From: Candidatus Rifleibacteriota bacterium
GTDB taxonomy: Bacteria > Muiribacteriota > Ozemobacteria > Ozemobacterales > Ozemobacteraceae
Direction of reading: 5' to 3'
DNA length: 44,229 bases
Assembly: GCA_051747585.1 (NCBI GenBank)
Contig: JBNJGH010000019.1
Coordinates: forward strand, 1-44,229
The notes beneath the pieces were generated by a model. That model was not told the origin of the DNA and searched no databases. It saw only the letters and a list, made by a program, of their open reading frames with translations. How positions within the stretch are numbered: the first letter of the stretch is position 1; every line of letters begins with the position of its first letter. Below are positions 18,537 to 28,070 of the stretch, in pieces. The position numbers and the translations under genes were made by a program.

Positions 18537-21299
18537 TTACCTGCCGCAACATTTTTTAAATTTTTTGCCGCTGCCACATGGGCAGGGATCATTTCGCCCC
18601 ACAGTGTCTTCAGATCGAACCGGTTTCTGGGGTGCATCAGCTTCGTCGCCGCGGTTATAATACATCTCTTGATCATGCTTTTCTTCGGCCTCTTTTTCTT
18701 CGGCACGAGAATAGGATATGCGATAGAGATAATAAAGAACATCTTCTTTAATACCCTCTATCATATTCTGAAACATCTGGAAACCTTCGATTTTATATTC
18801 AACCAATGGGTCTTTCTGTCCCCATGATCTGAGATGAATTCCATCCTGGAGGTTATCCATGTTCTGAAGATGATCTTTCCATTTGCTGTCAACTATCTGC
18901 AACAGCAGGAATTTTTCCATTTGATAAAAATCTTCTTCGCCAAGCTCCTGTTTTTTGGCTTCAAGTTTTTCAAGAACTCTTCGTTTTATTTCATCAAAAA
19001 GCTCTTCGCGAGCATAGGTGCAAAGTTGTCCCTCTTTGCCGTTACGAGGGTCTCCGCCCTCTACCTCAATTGGAAAAATTTTCTTGATGTTGTCGGCTAA
19101 AGCGTCATAATCGTAATCATCAGGCTCAACCAGAGGGTTGAGGTCTGTATCGATCAAGTTTTGAATCACTTCATCGATCATAGTAAGAACATCCTCGTGA
19201 ATATTCTCCTGCTCCAACGCCTTACGTCGCTCTTCATAAATAACTTTTCTCTGCTGATTCATTACATCATCATATTTGAGAACCTGTTTTCTAACATCGA
19301 AGTGATAACCTTCGACCTTGCGCTGAGCGCTTTCGATAGATTTTGATATCCATGGGTGCTCTATAGGCTCGCCGCGTTCCCAGCCCAGCTTATCCATCCA
19401 GCTGGAAATATTTACCGAACCGAAAAGACGCATAAGGTCATCTTCAAGAGAAAGGTAGAACTGACTTGCTCCAGGGTCACCCTGTCGACCGGCACGACCA
19501 CGCAACTGGTTGTCGATACGCCTTGATTCATGTCGTTCGGTACCAAGAATAAAAAGACCACCGGCCTCTATTACTCTGCGTTTTTCTTCTTCGCATTGCG
19601 CCCTGTATTTTTCCAGAGCCGCCTGATACTCTGCACTTTTCGTATCAGCAACTTCGTCTTGTGCCAGCATTTCGGGATTACCGCCAAGCAGAATATCAGT
19701 GCCGCGTCCGGCCATATTAGTTGCAATAGTTATGGATCCTTCGCGACCAGCCTGCGCAACAATTTCCGCTTCACGCTCATGGTATTTTGCATTGAGAACC
19801 CGGCATTCGATTTCCTGTCGCCGAAGCATTTCGGCAATAAGTTCACTTTTTTCAATCGATATGGTTCCGACAAGAACCGGCTGCTTACTCTTATGAATCT
19901 CGATAATATTTTCGACAATGGCCTCGAATTTTTCTGCGGCTGTCTTGTAGATTGCATCAGACATGTCATCTCTGATAAGAGGCTTGTTAGAAGGCACAAC
20001 AACTACTTCACATTGATAAATTTCTTTAAATTCTTTTGCTTCGGTTTCAGCTGTACCTGTCATGCCTGAAAGCTTGCGGTAAAGTCTGAAATAGTTCTGA
20101 AAGGTAATAGAAGCAAGGGTTTGATTTTCATGTTGAATGGCAACGTTTTCTTTAGCTTCGATTGCCTGATGCAAACCATCGGAATAACGCCGGCCAAACA
20201 TAAGACGTCCGGTAAACTCGTCAACAATTACAACTTCATTTCCTCGGCCATCTTCTCTTTTCCTGACAATATACTCTTTATCCTTGTGAAAAAAATGCTT
20301 GGCTTTTAGAGCATTCTGCAAATGATGGACATGGTCCATATTGTTGTTGTCATAGAGATTTTCAACGCCCAGAGCCTTTTCTACTTTTGAAATACCGTCT
20401 TCGGTAATTGAAATTCCATGGTGTTTTTCATCAACTATATAATCAACTTCGGGCTTTACAACTTCTCTGGCAATTTTTGCAAAAACAAAATAAAGATTGG
20501 TTGCTTTTTCGGCAGGGCCGGAAATTATAAGAGGGGTCCTGGCTTCATCTATAAGAATGGAGTCAACCTCATCGACTATGGCGTAATTATAAACTGAACG
20601 CTGCGAGCAATCTGCAACACTTAAAGCCATGTTATCGCGCAGATAATCAAAGCCGAATTCGTTATTGGTTCCATAAGTTATGTCGGCGGCATAAGCTTCA
20701 CGCTTTTCTTCCGCGTTGAGGCCATGAATGTTAAGTCCGACGCTCAAACCGAGAAACTTATAAACTTTACCCATCCATTCAGAGTCACGACGAGCAAGAT
20801 AATCGTTAACCGTAATAAGCTGAGCCCCCAGGCCTACGGGAACTTTAAGACCGTTCTCCCCCTCGAGGGGGAGAAATTCGGTTACACCGCGTTCTTCGGC
20901 GAGCTCTTTCCATTCGGGATTAATTTCAAGAGCATTGAGATAAAGAGGCAGGGTAGCAACCAGAGTTTTACCTTCACCGGTTTTCATCTCGACAATTCGA
21001 CCTTCATGCAAAGCACAGCCACCAATTATCTGGCAATCGTAATGCCGCATGTTTAAAACCCGCCGAGCAGTTTCCCGAACAACGGCAAAAGCCTCAGATT
21101 TTATATCCTCAAGTGTTTCTCCATTATAAATTCGCCGTCTGAATTTATCGGTCATGCCGGCTAATTCTTCATCAGAGAATTTCTTGAAGGTATCCTCAAG
21201 CTCGTTTACTTCTTCAAGAGTATTGCTGAGTCGACTTAATTCTCTTGCATTAAAATCTGGTATAATTAATCTGACGAGTTTTACAAGCCAGTCAAACAT
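18537..21299 (-). CDS. secA: Protein translocase subunit SecA
   Basis: MKTGEGKT, DEVDSILIDEARTPLIISG, TNMAGRGTDI, RIDNQLRGRAGRQGD, C-terminal SEC-C motif (CPCGSGKKFKKCC). Confidence 0.99.
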   Translation of the reverse strand: MFDWLVKLVRLIIPDFNARELSRLSNTLEEVNELEDTFKKFSDEELAGMTDKFRRRIYNGETLEDIKSEAFAVVRETARRVLNMRHYDCQIIGGCALHEGRIVEMKTGEGKTLVATLPLYLNALEINPEWKELAEERGVTEFLPLEGENGLKVPVGLGAQLITVNDYLARRDSEWMGKVYKFLGLSVGLNIHGLNAEEKREAYAADITYGTNNEFGFDYLRDNMALSVADCSQRSVYNYAIVDEVDSILIDEARTPLIISGPAEKATNLYFVFAKIAREVVKPEVDYIVDEKHHGISITEDGISKVEKALGVENLYDNNNMDHVHHLQNALKAKHFFHKDKEYIVRKREDGRGNEVVIVDEFTGRLMFGRRYSDGLHQAIEAKENVAIQHENQTLASITFQNYFRLYRKLSGMTGTAETEAKEFKEIYQCEVVVVPSNKPLIRDDMSDAIYKTAAEKFEAIVENIIEIHKSKQPVLVGTISIEKSELIAEMLRRQEIECRVLNAKYHEREAEIVAQAGREGSITIATNMAGRGTDILLGGNPEMLAQDEVADTKSAEYQAALEKYRAQCEEEKRRVIEAGGLFILGTERHESRRIDNQLRGRAGRQGDPGASQFYLSLEDDLMRLFGSVNISSWMDKLGWERGEPIEHPWISKSIESAQRKVEGYHFDVRKQVLKYDDVMNQQRKVIYEERRKALEQENIHEDVLTMIDEVIQNLIDTDLNPLVEPDDYDYDALADNIKKIFPIEVEGGDPRNGKEGQLCTYAREELFDEIKRRVLEKLEAKKQELGEEDFYQMEKFLLLQIVDSKWKDHLQNMDNLQDGIHLRSWGQKDPLVEYKIEGFQMFQNMIEGIKEDVLYYLYRISYSRAEEKEAEEKHDQEMYYNRGDEADAPQKPVRSEDTVGRNDPCPCGSGKKFKKCCGR

Positions 21300-21401
21300 G
21301 CCTGACCCCTTTCAAAAATTCAAGGCGCGGCCCTGCAAAGAAGGCTGCGCCTGTTAATATCGTCCGGAACATAGATCTGATTTGTCCTGTTAAAACCGTA
21401 A

Positions 21402-21857
21402 TCAGCTCTCTTCGGCCGAAATAATCTTAAGAACGTCATCCACCGTTTCTGCTTCCAACAGCTCTTTTCTGAACTCCTGATAACGTAATAACCTTGAAAG
21501 TCTGGCCAAAGCTTTCAAATAAAGTCCGCCAGACTCGATAGGAGCTGCAATCAGAAAAATCAGATTTACCGGCCGGTTATCAAGCGCTTCAAATTCTATG
21601 CCGTCTTTGGAGCGACCTATGGCAATGACTACTTCCCGCACGGTTGAAGTGCGGGAATGAGGAATAGCAATGCCCTTACCAATACCGGTAGAACCAACCT
21701 TTTCTCTTTCGAGAACCGATTTCAAAAAGGCGTCAGCATCGGTAAGAAAACCAGCTGTATCGAGCATGTCGATCAGTTCTTTTATAACTTCAAGCTTAGT
21801 GGTGGAACTCAATTCCAACTTGGTAAGCTGGGGTGATATAAATTCGCTTAGTTCCAA
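21402..21857 (-). CDS. ptsN: PTS IIA-like nitrogen regulatory protein (EIIA-Ntr/fructose family)
   Basis: EREKVGSTGIGKGIAIPH. TTG start with AGGAG upstream. Follows hpf. Confidence 0.88.
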   Translation of the reverse strand: MELSEFISPQLTKLELSSTTKLEVIKELIDMLDTAGFLTDADAFLKSVLEREKVGSTGIGKGIAIPHSRTSTVREVVIAIGRSKDGIEFEALDNRPVNLIFLIAAPIESGGLYLKALARLSRLLRYQEFRKELLEAETVDDVLKIISAEES

Positions 21858-21900
21858 AACTCCTCCTGCATCCCGTCAGGGGCTGATTTTTTATATATGA

Positions 21901-22485
21901 TCAATATTCAGGCTCGATTAAGCCGAAATTACCATCATTACGTCTGTAAATAACATTGATCTTATTTGTTTCAGCATTAGAGAAAACAAAGAATTCCTGA
22001 TTGAAAAGCTCAAGCTGTTCTGCCGCTTCATCAGAAAACATTGGTCTCATCGGGAAGGTTCCGCTGCGAACGATTTTAGGAGTCTTTTCCAAGTCATCTT
22101 CTACGCCCTGAACAGCTTCTTCACCGAATGAAATAATCGAATGAGTTCCCTGACCCTCGGCAAGTCCTTTGGCTCTTCTGCGACTGGTTTTCTTTTCTTT
22201 GAATTTTTTAACCTGACGCTCAATCTTTTCGGCAACCATGTCTATGGAAGCGTAAAGATCTTCTGATGACTTCTGAGCGTGGATTGGTGTTCCAATCGAT
22301 TTTGCCCATACGTTAACTTCACAGATCTTACTTTTGGTAACATCTTTGGAATCTCTTACAGAAAGAGTAACATCTACTTCGATAATATGATCAAAGTATT
22401 TTTTGATACTTGCCAGCTTTTTTTCTGCATAATCTTTAAGAGACTGAGTCAGCTGGATATTTTTACCCTTGATTACAAATTGCAT
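21901..22485 (-). CDS. hpf: Ribosome hibernation promoting factor (long form)
   Basis: IKGKNIQLT, DLYASID, C-terminal PM..DEA..Q...FFVF...NVIYRR.DG.FGLIEP. Confidence 0.96.
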   Translation of the reverse strand: MQFVIKGKNIQLTQSLKDYAEKKLASIKKYFDHIIEVDVTLSVRDSKDVTKSKICEVNVWAKSIGTPIHAQKSSEDLYASIDMVAEKIERQVKKFKEKKTSRRRAKGLAEGQGTHSIISFGEEAVQGVEDDLEKTPKIVRSGTFPMRPMFSDEAAEQLELFNQEFFVFSNAETNKINVIYRRNDGNFGLIEPEY

Positions 22486-22543
22486 ATAAATGCCTCCGAA
22501 TGTTGAGGAATAGACGCATTTCCCTTGAAATACGGGGTAGCAA

Positions 22544-22572
22544 ATACTAGCACACCCCTATAACAGTGTCAA
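22544..22572 (-). promoter_or_regulatory. Sigma70-type promoter of the hpf-ptsN-secA unit
   Basis: TTGACA-17 nt-TAGTAT with an extended -10 TG. Confidence 0.75.
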
Positions 22573-22682
22573 GATACACTATTTATCCAAAAATAGCGAT
22601 AAAAATTTAACGTTTTTCTCTCATACGCCTGTTAAAAGACACTATTTTTGCAACAATTTCGTTATCATAATCGTAGAAGTAT

Positions 22683-23705
22683 ATGAGGTACATATCGTTG
22701 ATGCATTCAATAAAAACAAACAAAATTAATTTAAATGAATTTCTAATAACAATTTCTGTCATATTATTTCTTGCGGTTCAGCCTGTTAATGCAAGCCAAC
22801 TCGACTTACCCACCTGCGCCTATACCATTCGTGACATGGTTCAAGATAAACAAGGCAATATTTTTACAGGAACCTTCGGTGCCGGCCTCTGGCTGATAAA
22901 TGAGCGGGAAATTACCAGGCTGAGAAACCTTGAGCAAGAAGGCCTTTATCCAATGATCAGCAATTTAATGATTGATAAGAACAAGTTATGGGTAGCAACC
23001 ACTGGAGATGGCTGTAACTACATCACTCTAGCCGATTTAAAATTTCATAAAGTAAATTATCCGCAAAGATTTTCTCGACTTCATGCTCTACATAAAACAC
23101 AGGACAACAAAATACTTATAGGTTCAGTTGGCAGCGGCGCAGCTATTCTGAAAAAGAATCAAAGCAACTATTACTGGAAACCGGTCAGCGAAAAAGTTTT
23201 AAACCATATTAGCTGGATCAATGACATAAAAGAGTGGAATAATAAAATATGGCTTGCAACCGCTAACGGCGTTTACCATATAGCAGCCGACCATGCAGTT
23301 GAAAACTGGCAACCCAGATCAGAAGGCTTAAAGTCAGGGGCCAATCAGTTTTTTCCCGACAACGACAGGCTTTTCATTTCTACAACCAGTCGTGGAGTAT
23401 TTGTTAAAGATGGCGAGAAACAACCTGTTCCGGTTGCCAATATTTACGGAGAAATTTATTTTGTAACCAGATTCAATAACAGTTTAATCGCAGGTGGAGA
23501 ACGCGGTTTATGGAAAATTGAAAAAAATAAGGGACGGAAGGTGAAAAGCTTTCATGACCATTGCGCAAAATCTTACTTAGTAACACAAAAAAACTCTCTA
23601 TTAATCGGCACCATGGATGGTAGAATTATAGAAACAAAGAATTTAAAAAATTTTAAACTTCTTGCTCATTTACAGGTAGAAAGTATCGAGGAGCTTAATA
23701 AATGA
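22683..23705 (+). CDS. Exported beta-propeller protein (two-component-regulator propeller-like repeats)
   Basis: Repeats DKQGNIFTGTFGAGL, LWVATTGDG, ILIGSVGSG, IWLATANGV, LLIGTMDG. N-terminal signal-like segment; start position uncertain. Confidence 0.8.
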   Translation: MRYISLMHSIKTNKINLNEFLITISVILFLAVQPVNASQLDLPTCAYTIRDMVQDKQGNIFTGTFGAGLWLINEREITRLRNLEQEGLYPMISNLMIDKNKLWVATTGDGCNYITLADLKFHKVNYPQRFSRLHALHKTQDNKILIGSVGSGAAILKKNQSNYYWKPVSEKVLNHISWINDIKEWNNKIWLATANGVYHIAADHAVENWQPRSEGLKSGANQFFPDNDRLFISTTSRGVFVKDGEKQPVPVANIYGEIYFVTRFNNSLIAGGERGLWKIEKNKGRKVKSFHDHCAKSYLVTQKNSLLIGTMDGRIIETKNLKNFKLLAHLQVESIEELNK

Positions 23706-25294
23706 AATCTAAAGCAGGTTTTGTCGCTTTTATTCTATTTTGTCTGATTCTAACTTTTTCTACGAAGCTAACAGCTGACGAAGTCGACTCAATTTTAAAG
23801 CAAGCCCGAACCATGATAAAAAGCAATCAGGCACAAGCTGCTGCCAGGCTTTTAAACAAAACCCTGGTTCAGAAAAAGTCTGATATCAATAAACACGCCA
23901 GATACCCCGAAATCTGGTATTATTTTGCCGTCTCACTAGACAAAATCGGGAAAAAAGAGCTTGCTTTAAAAGCTCTAAAACGTGCAAAGAAGTTAAAACA
24001 AGAAATGGCCGATAAAACAAAAACCGACTCAAAAGAAAAACAAACAACAGTTCAAAAAGAGCGCCCGGCTCCAAAAGACCGGAATGACCACCCAAAAACA
24101 GCAAAGATAGAAGAAAATACCAAACCGGCAAATAAACCAACCAATGGCAATGCATATTCTTTAAAATCACTCAAAAACGAAAACGCCCGGAGTTTCTACC
24201 GGCGTGGTGCAGCATATCAAGAACAGGGCTTGTTGCACGCAGCAGCCGAGCAATATATCAAAGCCGATGAAATGGAAAAAGATAATCTCGAACTGCTCGA
24301 GATCTTAGGTGAATTGCTTGATACTCTGGGCGAGGGTTTTCACACTAAAGCCCAGACAGTCTACGGCCAGATAGAAAAACTCAAGGGCGACAAAATGACT
24401 GACCGGCAAAAAGCGGCACAGGCAAGAGCTAACATCAAGTCTAAAAAACCAGACTTAAAAAAAGCTGAAGAAATTTTACAAAAGCTTTTAAAAAAAGACG
24501 ACAAAAATGTTGAAGCAATAGTTCTTTCGGCAACAATTGACACTAAACGGAGCAACTTTAAAAGTGCAATAAAAAAGTTTAACAAGGCAATTAAGCTGAA
24601 AGACGACAATATGCCGGCTTACCTTGGCCTGGGTAGATGCCATATAGCCAGAAAAAGCTATGACGAGGCTATACAAGTTCTAATCAAAGCCAAAAATCGA
24701 TGGCCCGAAAGCTTCAAACCACTGGTTGCGCTGGGCAAAGCCTACCTTGGCAACAATAACCAGGGCTCGGCCCTTTTAATGTTTAACCAGGCATTTATGA
24801 TGTATCCAGAAAGCTTCGAAGTTAATCTTGCAATGCTTGAAATTTTTGCCAGAAACAATGACCCGCGAGCAGAGCGACATCTAAAGAAATGTGAAAGTAT
24901 TTACAAGGGTGACCCAAGGGTAGAACACTGGAAAGCGGTTTTTTTCGAGCTAGATGAGAAACTGCTCGAGGCTAGAAACATTTATGCCTGGCTGGCCATG
25001 TATCAAGATGAGCCTGCATTCAAATCTAAATTAAGGCTCGGACAACTTTACGCAGGAAAGGGCCATTTAACCTTTCCGGGTAATCTTCTGGTAAAGAACC
25101 GACCCAGATATATAGACAACTATAGAGACCTGGAAAATTATCGTCTGGCCTACACCTATTATCAAAGAGCCTTAGATCAACACCCTGACTCTAAAGAAGC
25201 TAACGAGGCCAGAGCGTGGCTTGATGCCAATGAACTTAAGGTAAGTGAAGCGATTCAGTTTGAATCCCTTGTCCAAAGTTATTTCCGAAATTAG
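23702..25294 (+). CDS. Exported TPR protein
   Basis: Signal peptide (..LTA|D), multiple TPR motifs (AYLGLGRCH, LVALGKAYL), Lys-rich linker, ATGA overlap with the upstream gene. Confidence 0.85.
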   Translation: MKSKAGFVAFILFCLILTFSTKLTADEVDSILKQARTMIKSNQAQAAARLLNKTLVQKKSDINKHARYPEIWYYFAVSLDKIGKKELALKALKRAKKLKQEMADKTKTDSKEKQTTVQKERPAPKDRNDHPKTAKIEENTKPANKPTNGNAYSLKSLKNENARSFYRRGAAYQEQGLLHAAAEQYIKADEMEKDNLELLEILGELLDTLGEGFHTKAQTVYGQIEKLKGDKMTDRQKAAQARANIKSKKPDLKKAEEILQKLLKKDDKNVEAIVLSATIDTKRSNFKSAIKKFNKAIKLKDDNMPAYLGLGRCHIARKSYDEAIQVLIKAKNRWPESFKPLVALGKAYLGNNNQGSALLMFNQAFMMYPESFEVNLAMLEIFARNNDPRAERHLKKCESIYKGDPRVEHWKAVFFELDEKLLEARNIYAWLAMYQDEPAFKSKLRLGQLYAGKGHLTFPGNLLVKNRPRYIDNYRDLENYRLAYTYYQRALDQHPDSKEANEARAWLDANELKVSEAIQFESLVQSYFRN

Positions 25295-25330
25295 TTCTGT
25301 GAACGTTTGATTATCTTTTAAGGAGGAGTT

Positions 25331-28012
25331 ATGAAGTCCAGTTTAACAGAAAGGTTTAATCGCCGGTATTTATCTGTCCTGCTAATTACTTTTTGCCTGC
25401 TGACAGTATCGTTGTCGGCAATAGAGGTAGAACCGGGCAGAGAATCAAGTTATTTTTACCGCTCACGAATACGCCCTTTTGATTCGCGTTTTATGGGCGG
25501 TGGAATCCTTGCCGACGGTATGGACATCAGAAGGGTTCAGGAGCACCATGATAAGCCCGAAGCCCAAATTGCCGTGTGGATGCCCATGGTAGAACCCGAA
25601 CCCATAGTTAAAAATAATGCCAATGAAATCACAGATTCGGCTCTGATATATCGCAACGAAGGCTCAACCAGAGATAAATTTCCTTATGTGGTTAAAGACA
25701 AAGATAGCGATAAATTTTATGTTTATCGCAATGTTAAATATCATTGGGCTTTTGAAAACCCAGAAGAAGACAAAAAAGTTCTTGCCGAAGGGAACAAGGG
25801 CGGAGCCTCAGGTGGTGAAGTTTACTCTCCATTTATGAATCTCAGAGAGGCCAATGCAACCTATTTTGAAGACCTGGTAAAAGGCAATGCTACCGAAGAA
25901 GACATCTGGGATAAAAAGATGTTCGTAAACCGCCATACGGCTCCCTTTGATTCAGGTATCGCCGGAGCTAAAATGGTTTCGGGCTCAACCATGCTGCAAC
26001 AGGTTGGCATGATCATGACCTACGAAAGGGCTCAAGTAAGTGGGCTTACAACTTCAGGCCCCGGTTATCCGGAAACCGCTCAAGACACCGCCGACCCCGC
26101 GGGAGAACTCCCGGGAACGGTATCGCTCAATTCAGAACCAGCTGATTCTGAATTCGAAAATTTTGGACCTGAAGATACTATCCAGCCAATTCCTGATGCT
26201 CTCAAACATACCTGGAACCTGAGTATTACTATCGACGGCAAAACCTATAACGAATTCACCGATTACAATGTAGTTTACGTAGAAGATTATTCGTATCCCG
26301 AAGTTTCTCAAGATTTTCTTGATCCAAAGGGTCAGGTTTATAATGGAGTTGTAGGAAAATATGTTGGCTACCAGACCGGTGAAAATATGAGCGTTTCTTA
26401 TGAAAACGAAAATGCCGACCTGCTGCCAACCTCACCGGCGATCAGCTCGGCTTTTGATTATTTTTTCAGCGCCGACGAACTCTATCATATGCCAAACCCA
26501 TTTTACGACGGTTCACCAAGTAAGCAACCGGTTCTATTCTTTTATGCTCTCAAATCCAATGGCGCATACGGCCCTTATGTGGGCGTTTGTAGCCCTGATT
26601 TCGAACGTGACTACTATGTAGATCATCATCCTTTCTGGAAAAACCAGTCAAGTGAAGAGCTCGAAGAATTTCTGGCTAACCGATATGCCAATGCCTGGGA
26701 TGCCAACTTTTTCAAACCATGGGAAAAGGGTGTGGTCTATTACGTTCTTTACCAGAACGGTGACGGAGAAACAAGAGTTAACGATCTCAACGAAGCCTGG
26801 AAAAACAGCGATCTTGGAGAACTCGACGTTCTTGCTGACCTTGAAAATGAGCTTGATGGAATAACGACTCCTGAAGCTGCAGAAGCAAGAGAAGCAATTG
26901 ATGCTCTTAAAGATTTTCTTATCAGCTCAGACGAAGGAACCCGCGAGGCAACCAGATTTGCTCATATAGGATTCAGTGCACATAACGGCCGCTGCGGCAT
27001 AGCCAAGATTACGCTCGAAAACATTGAAAGCCAGCACGAAGAAGAGGTTGTAAAACAATTTGATCCTGAAGCCGGCAAAGAAGTTGAAGTTAAAAAAGGC
27101 AGCTGGACAGTTGCGGGCAAGAGATTCATTCTGCCACGCCATTTTGCCACCAATTCAATCGAATGGAACGACCAGTGCGCAGATGCTCCGGCGAGCCAGA
27201 AAACCCAGGAAATGGTTAATTACTACAACGATTTAAAAAATATGCCACCCGACTGTCTGATGACTCAGGAAGTATCAAACTGCTGTGGCAACGCTGCACC
27301 AGCAGGCTCTCTCGTTAAAGTAGAAGATACGGCAGAATTCAGCAAACCTCTGGTAGATTGCGAAGTTGAAGACATGACCAATGGCTACACACATGAAATA
27401 GGAGTTCCGCCAATTGAATCACTCGATGCCGGATCGCAGCTGGTTGCCAAAGACAAAGCAACAGGTGCGGTTACAAACTACGGAGAAGAAGGTGTCAACG
27501 AAGACTTTGATATGGCAGGCAAAGACTGGTTTGTCGTGAAAGCAGACGGCAGCGAAGAGCAGTTGAGCGAAATTCCGACTGACCCTGAAGGTGCTGACAA
27601 ACACAAGATTCCGGTAGAAGATCAGCGAATGAAGTTTGTTATCAAGCCTTATGACAACATAGACAGCTTAACTCCATTCCGTGGAGTTGTAAGAACAGAG
27701 GTTGAAATAGAAGCTCTCGATAAAAACAAAAGCCCCACCGGCAATCTGGAACGCATAGAATACGAAGAAAGCGGCCAGATTCTTGCCAGCAACAAAATTG
27801 TTAAAGACGGAACCGGAATGAACAAGTATGAACTCAATAAGTTTGATCCCGGAGTCGAATTTTATCATATCTTCAGAGCTCCCGGCTGGTATCAGTTCAG
27901 AGTAAAAGCTCATGACAGAGCTAAGGACGGCGCCGCCGGTCAAGCCAGAGAAATGAAATTCAATATAAATGTTCTTCCCGCCGGCTTCAAAACAAGATCC
28001 ATCGACCGCTGA
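25331..28012 (+). CDS. Large acidic exported protein of unknown function (893 aa)
   Basis: AGGAGG SD, signal peptide (..SLSA|IE), Asp/Glu-rich. No family motif recognised. Confidence 0.85.
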   Translation: MKSSLTERFNRRYLSVLLITFCLLTVSLSAIEVEPGRESSYFYRSRIRPFDSRFMGGGILADGMDIRRVQEHHDKPEAQIAVWMPMVEPEPIVKNNANEITDSALIYRNEGSTRDKFPYVVKDKDSDKFYVYRNVKYHWAFENPEEDKKVLAEGNKGGASGGEVYSPFMNLREANATYFEDLVKGNATEEDIWDKKMFVNRHTAPFDSGIAGAKMVSGSTMLQQVGMIMTYERAQVSGLTTSGPGYPETAQDTADPAGELPGTVSLNSEPADSEFENFGPEDTIQPIPDALKHTWNLSITIDGKTYNEFTDYNVVYVEDYSYPEVSQDFLDPKGQVYNGVVGKYVGYQTGENMSVSYENENADLLPTSPAISSAFDYFFSADELYHMPNPFYDGSPSKQPVLFFYALKSNGAYGPYVGVCSPDFERDYYVDHHPFWKNQSSEELEEFLANRYANAWDANFFKPWEKGVVYYVLYQNGDGETRVNDLNEAWKNSDLGELDVLADLENELDGITTPEAAEAREAIDALKDFLISSDEGTREATRFAHIGFSAHNGRCGIAKITLENIESQHEEEVVKQFDPEAGKEVEVKKGSWTVAGKRFILPRHFATNSIEWNDQCADAPASQKTQEMVNYYNDLKNMPPDCLMTQEVSNCCGNAAPAGSLVKVEDTAEFSKPLVDCEVEDMTNGYTHEIGVPPIESLDAGSQLVAKDKATGAVTNYGEEGVNEDFDMAGKDWFVVKADGSEEQLSEIPTDPEGADKHKIPVEDQRMKFVIKPYDNIDSLTPFRGVVRTEVEIEALDKNKSPTGNLERIEYEESGQILASNKIVKDGTGMNKYELNKFDPGVEFYHIFRAPGWYQFRVKAHDRAKDGAAGQAREMKFNINVLPAGFKTRSIDR

Positions 28013-28024
28013 CAAAGCATAAAG

Positions 28025-28055
28025 TCGGGTAATGGCGTTAGCCATTACCCGATTT
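28025..28055 (+). terminator. Stem-loop / terminator after the 893-aa gene
   Basis: Perfect 12-bp stem TCGGGTAATGGC-GTTA-GCCATTACCCGA with a short T-run. Confidence 0.7.
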
Positions 28056-28070
28056 GCCCTTTAAACAACA

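Noticed and set aside
20835..20927. SecA insertion as a mini-intein
   Set aside because: Far too short and lacks the N-terminal Cys/Ser and C-terminal His-Asn.
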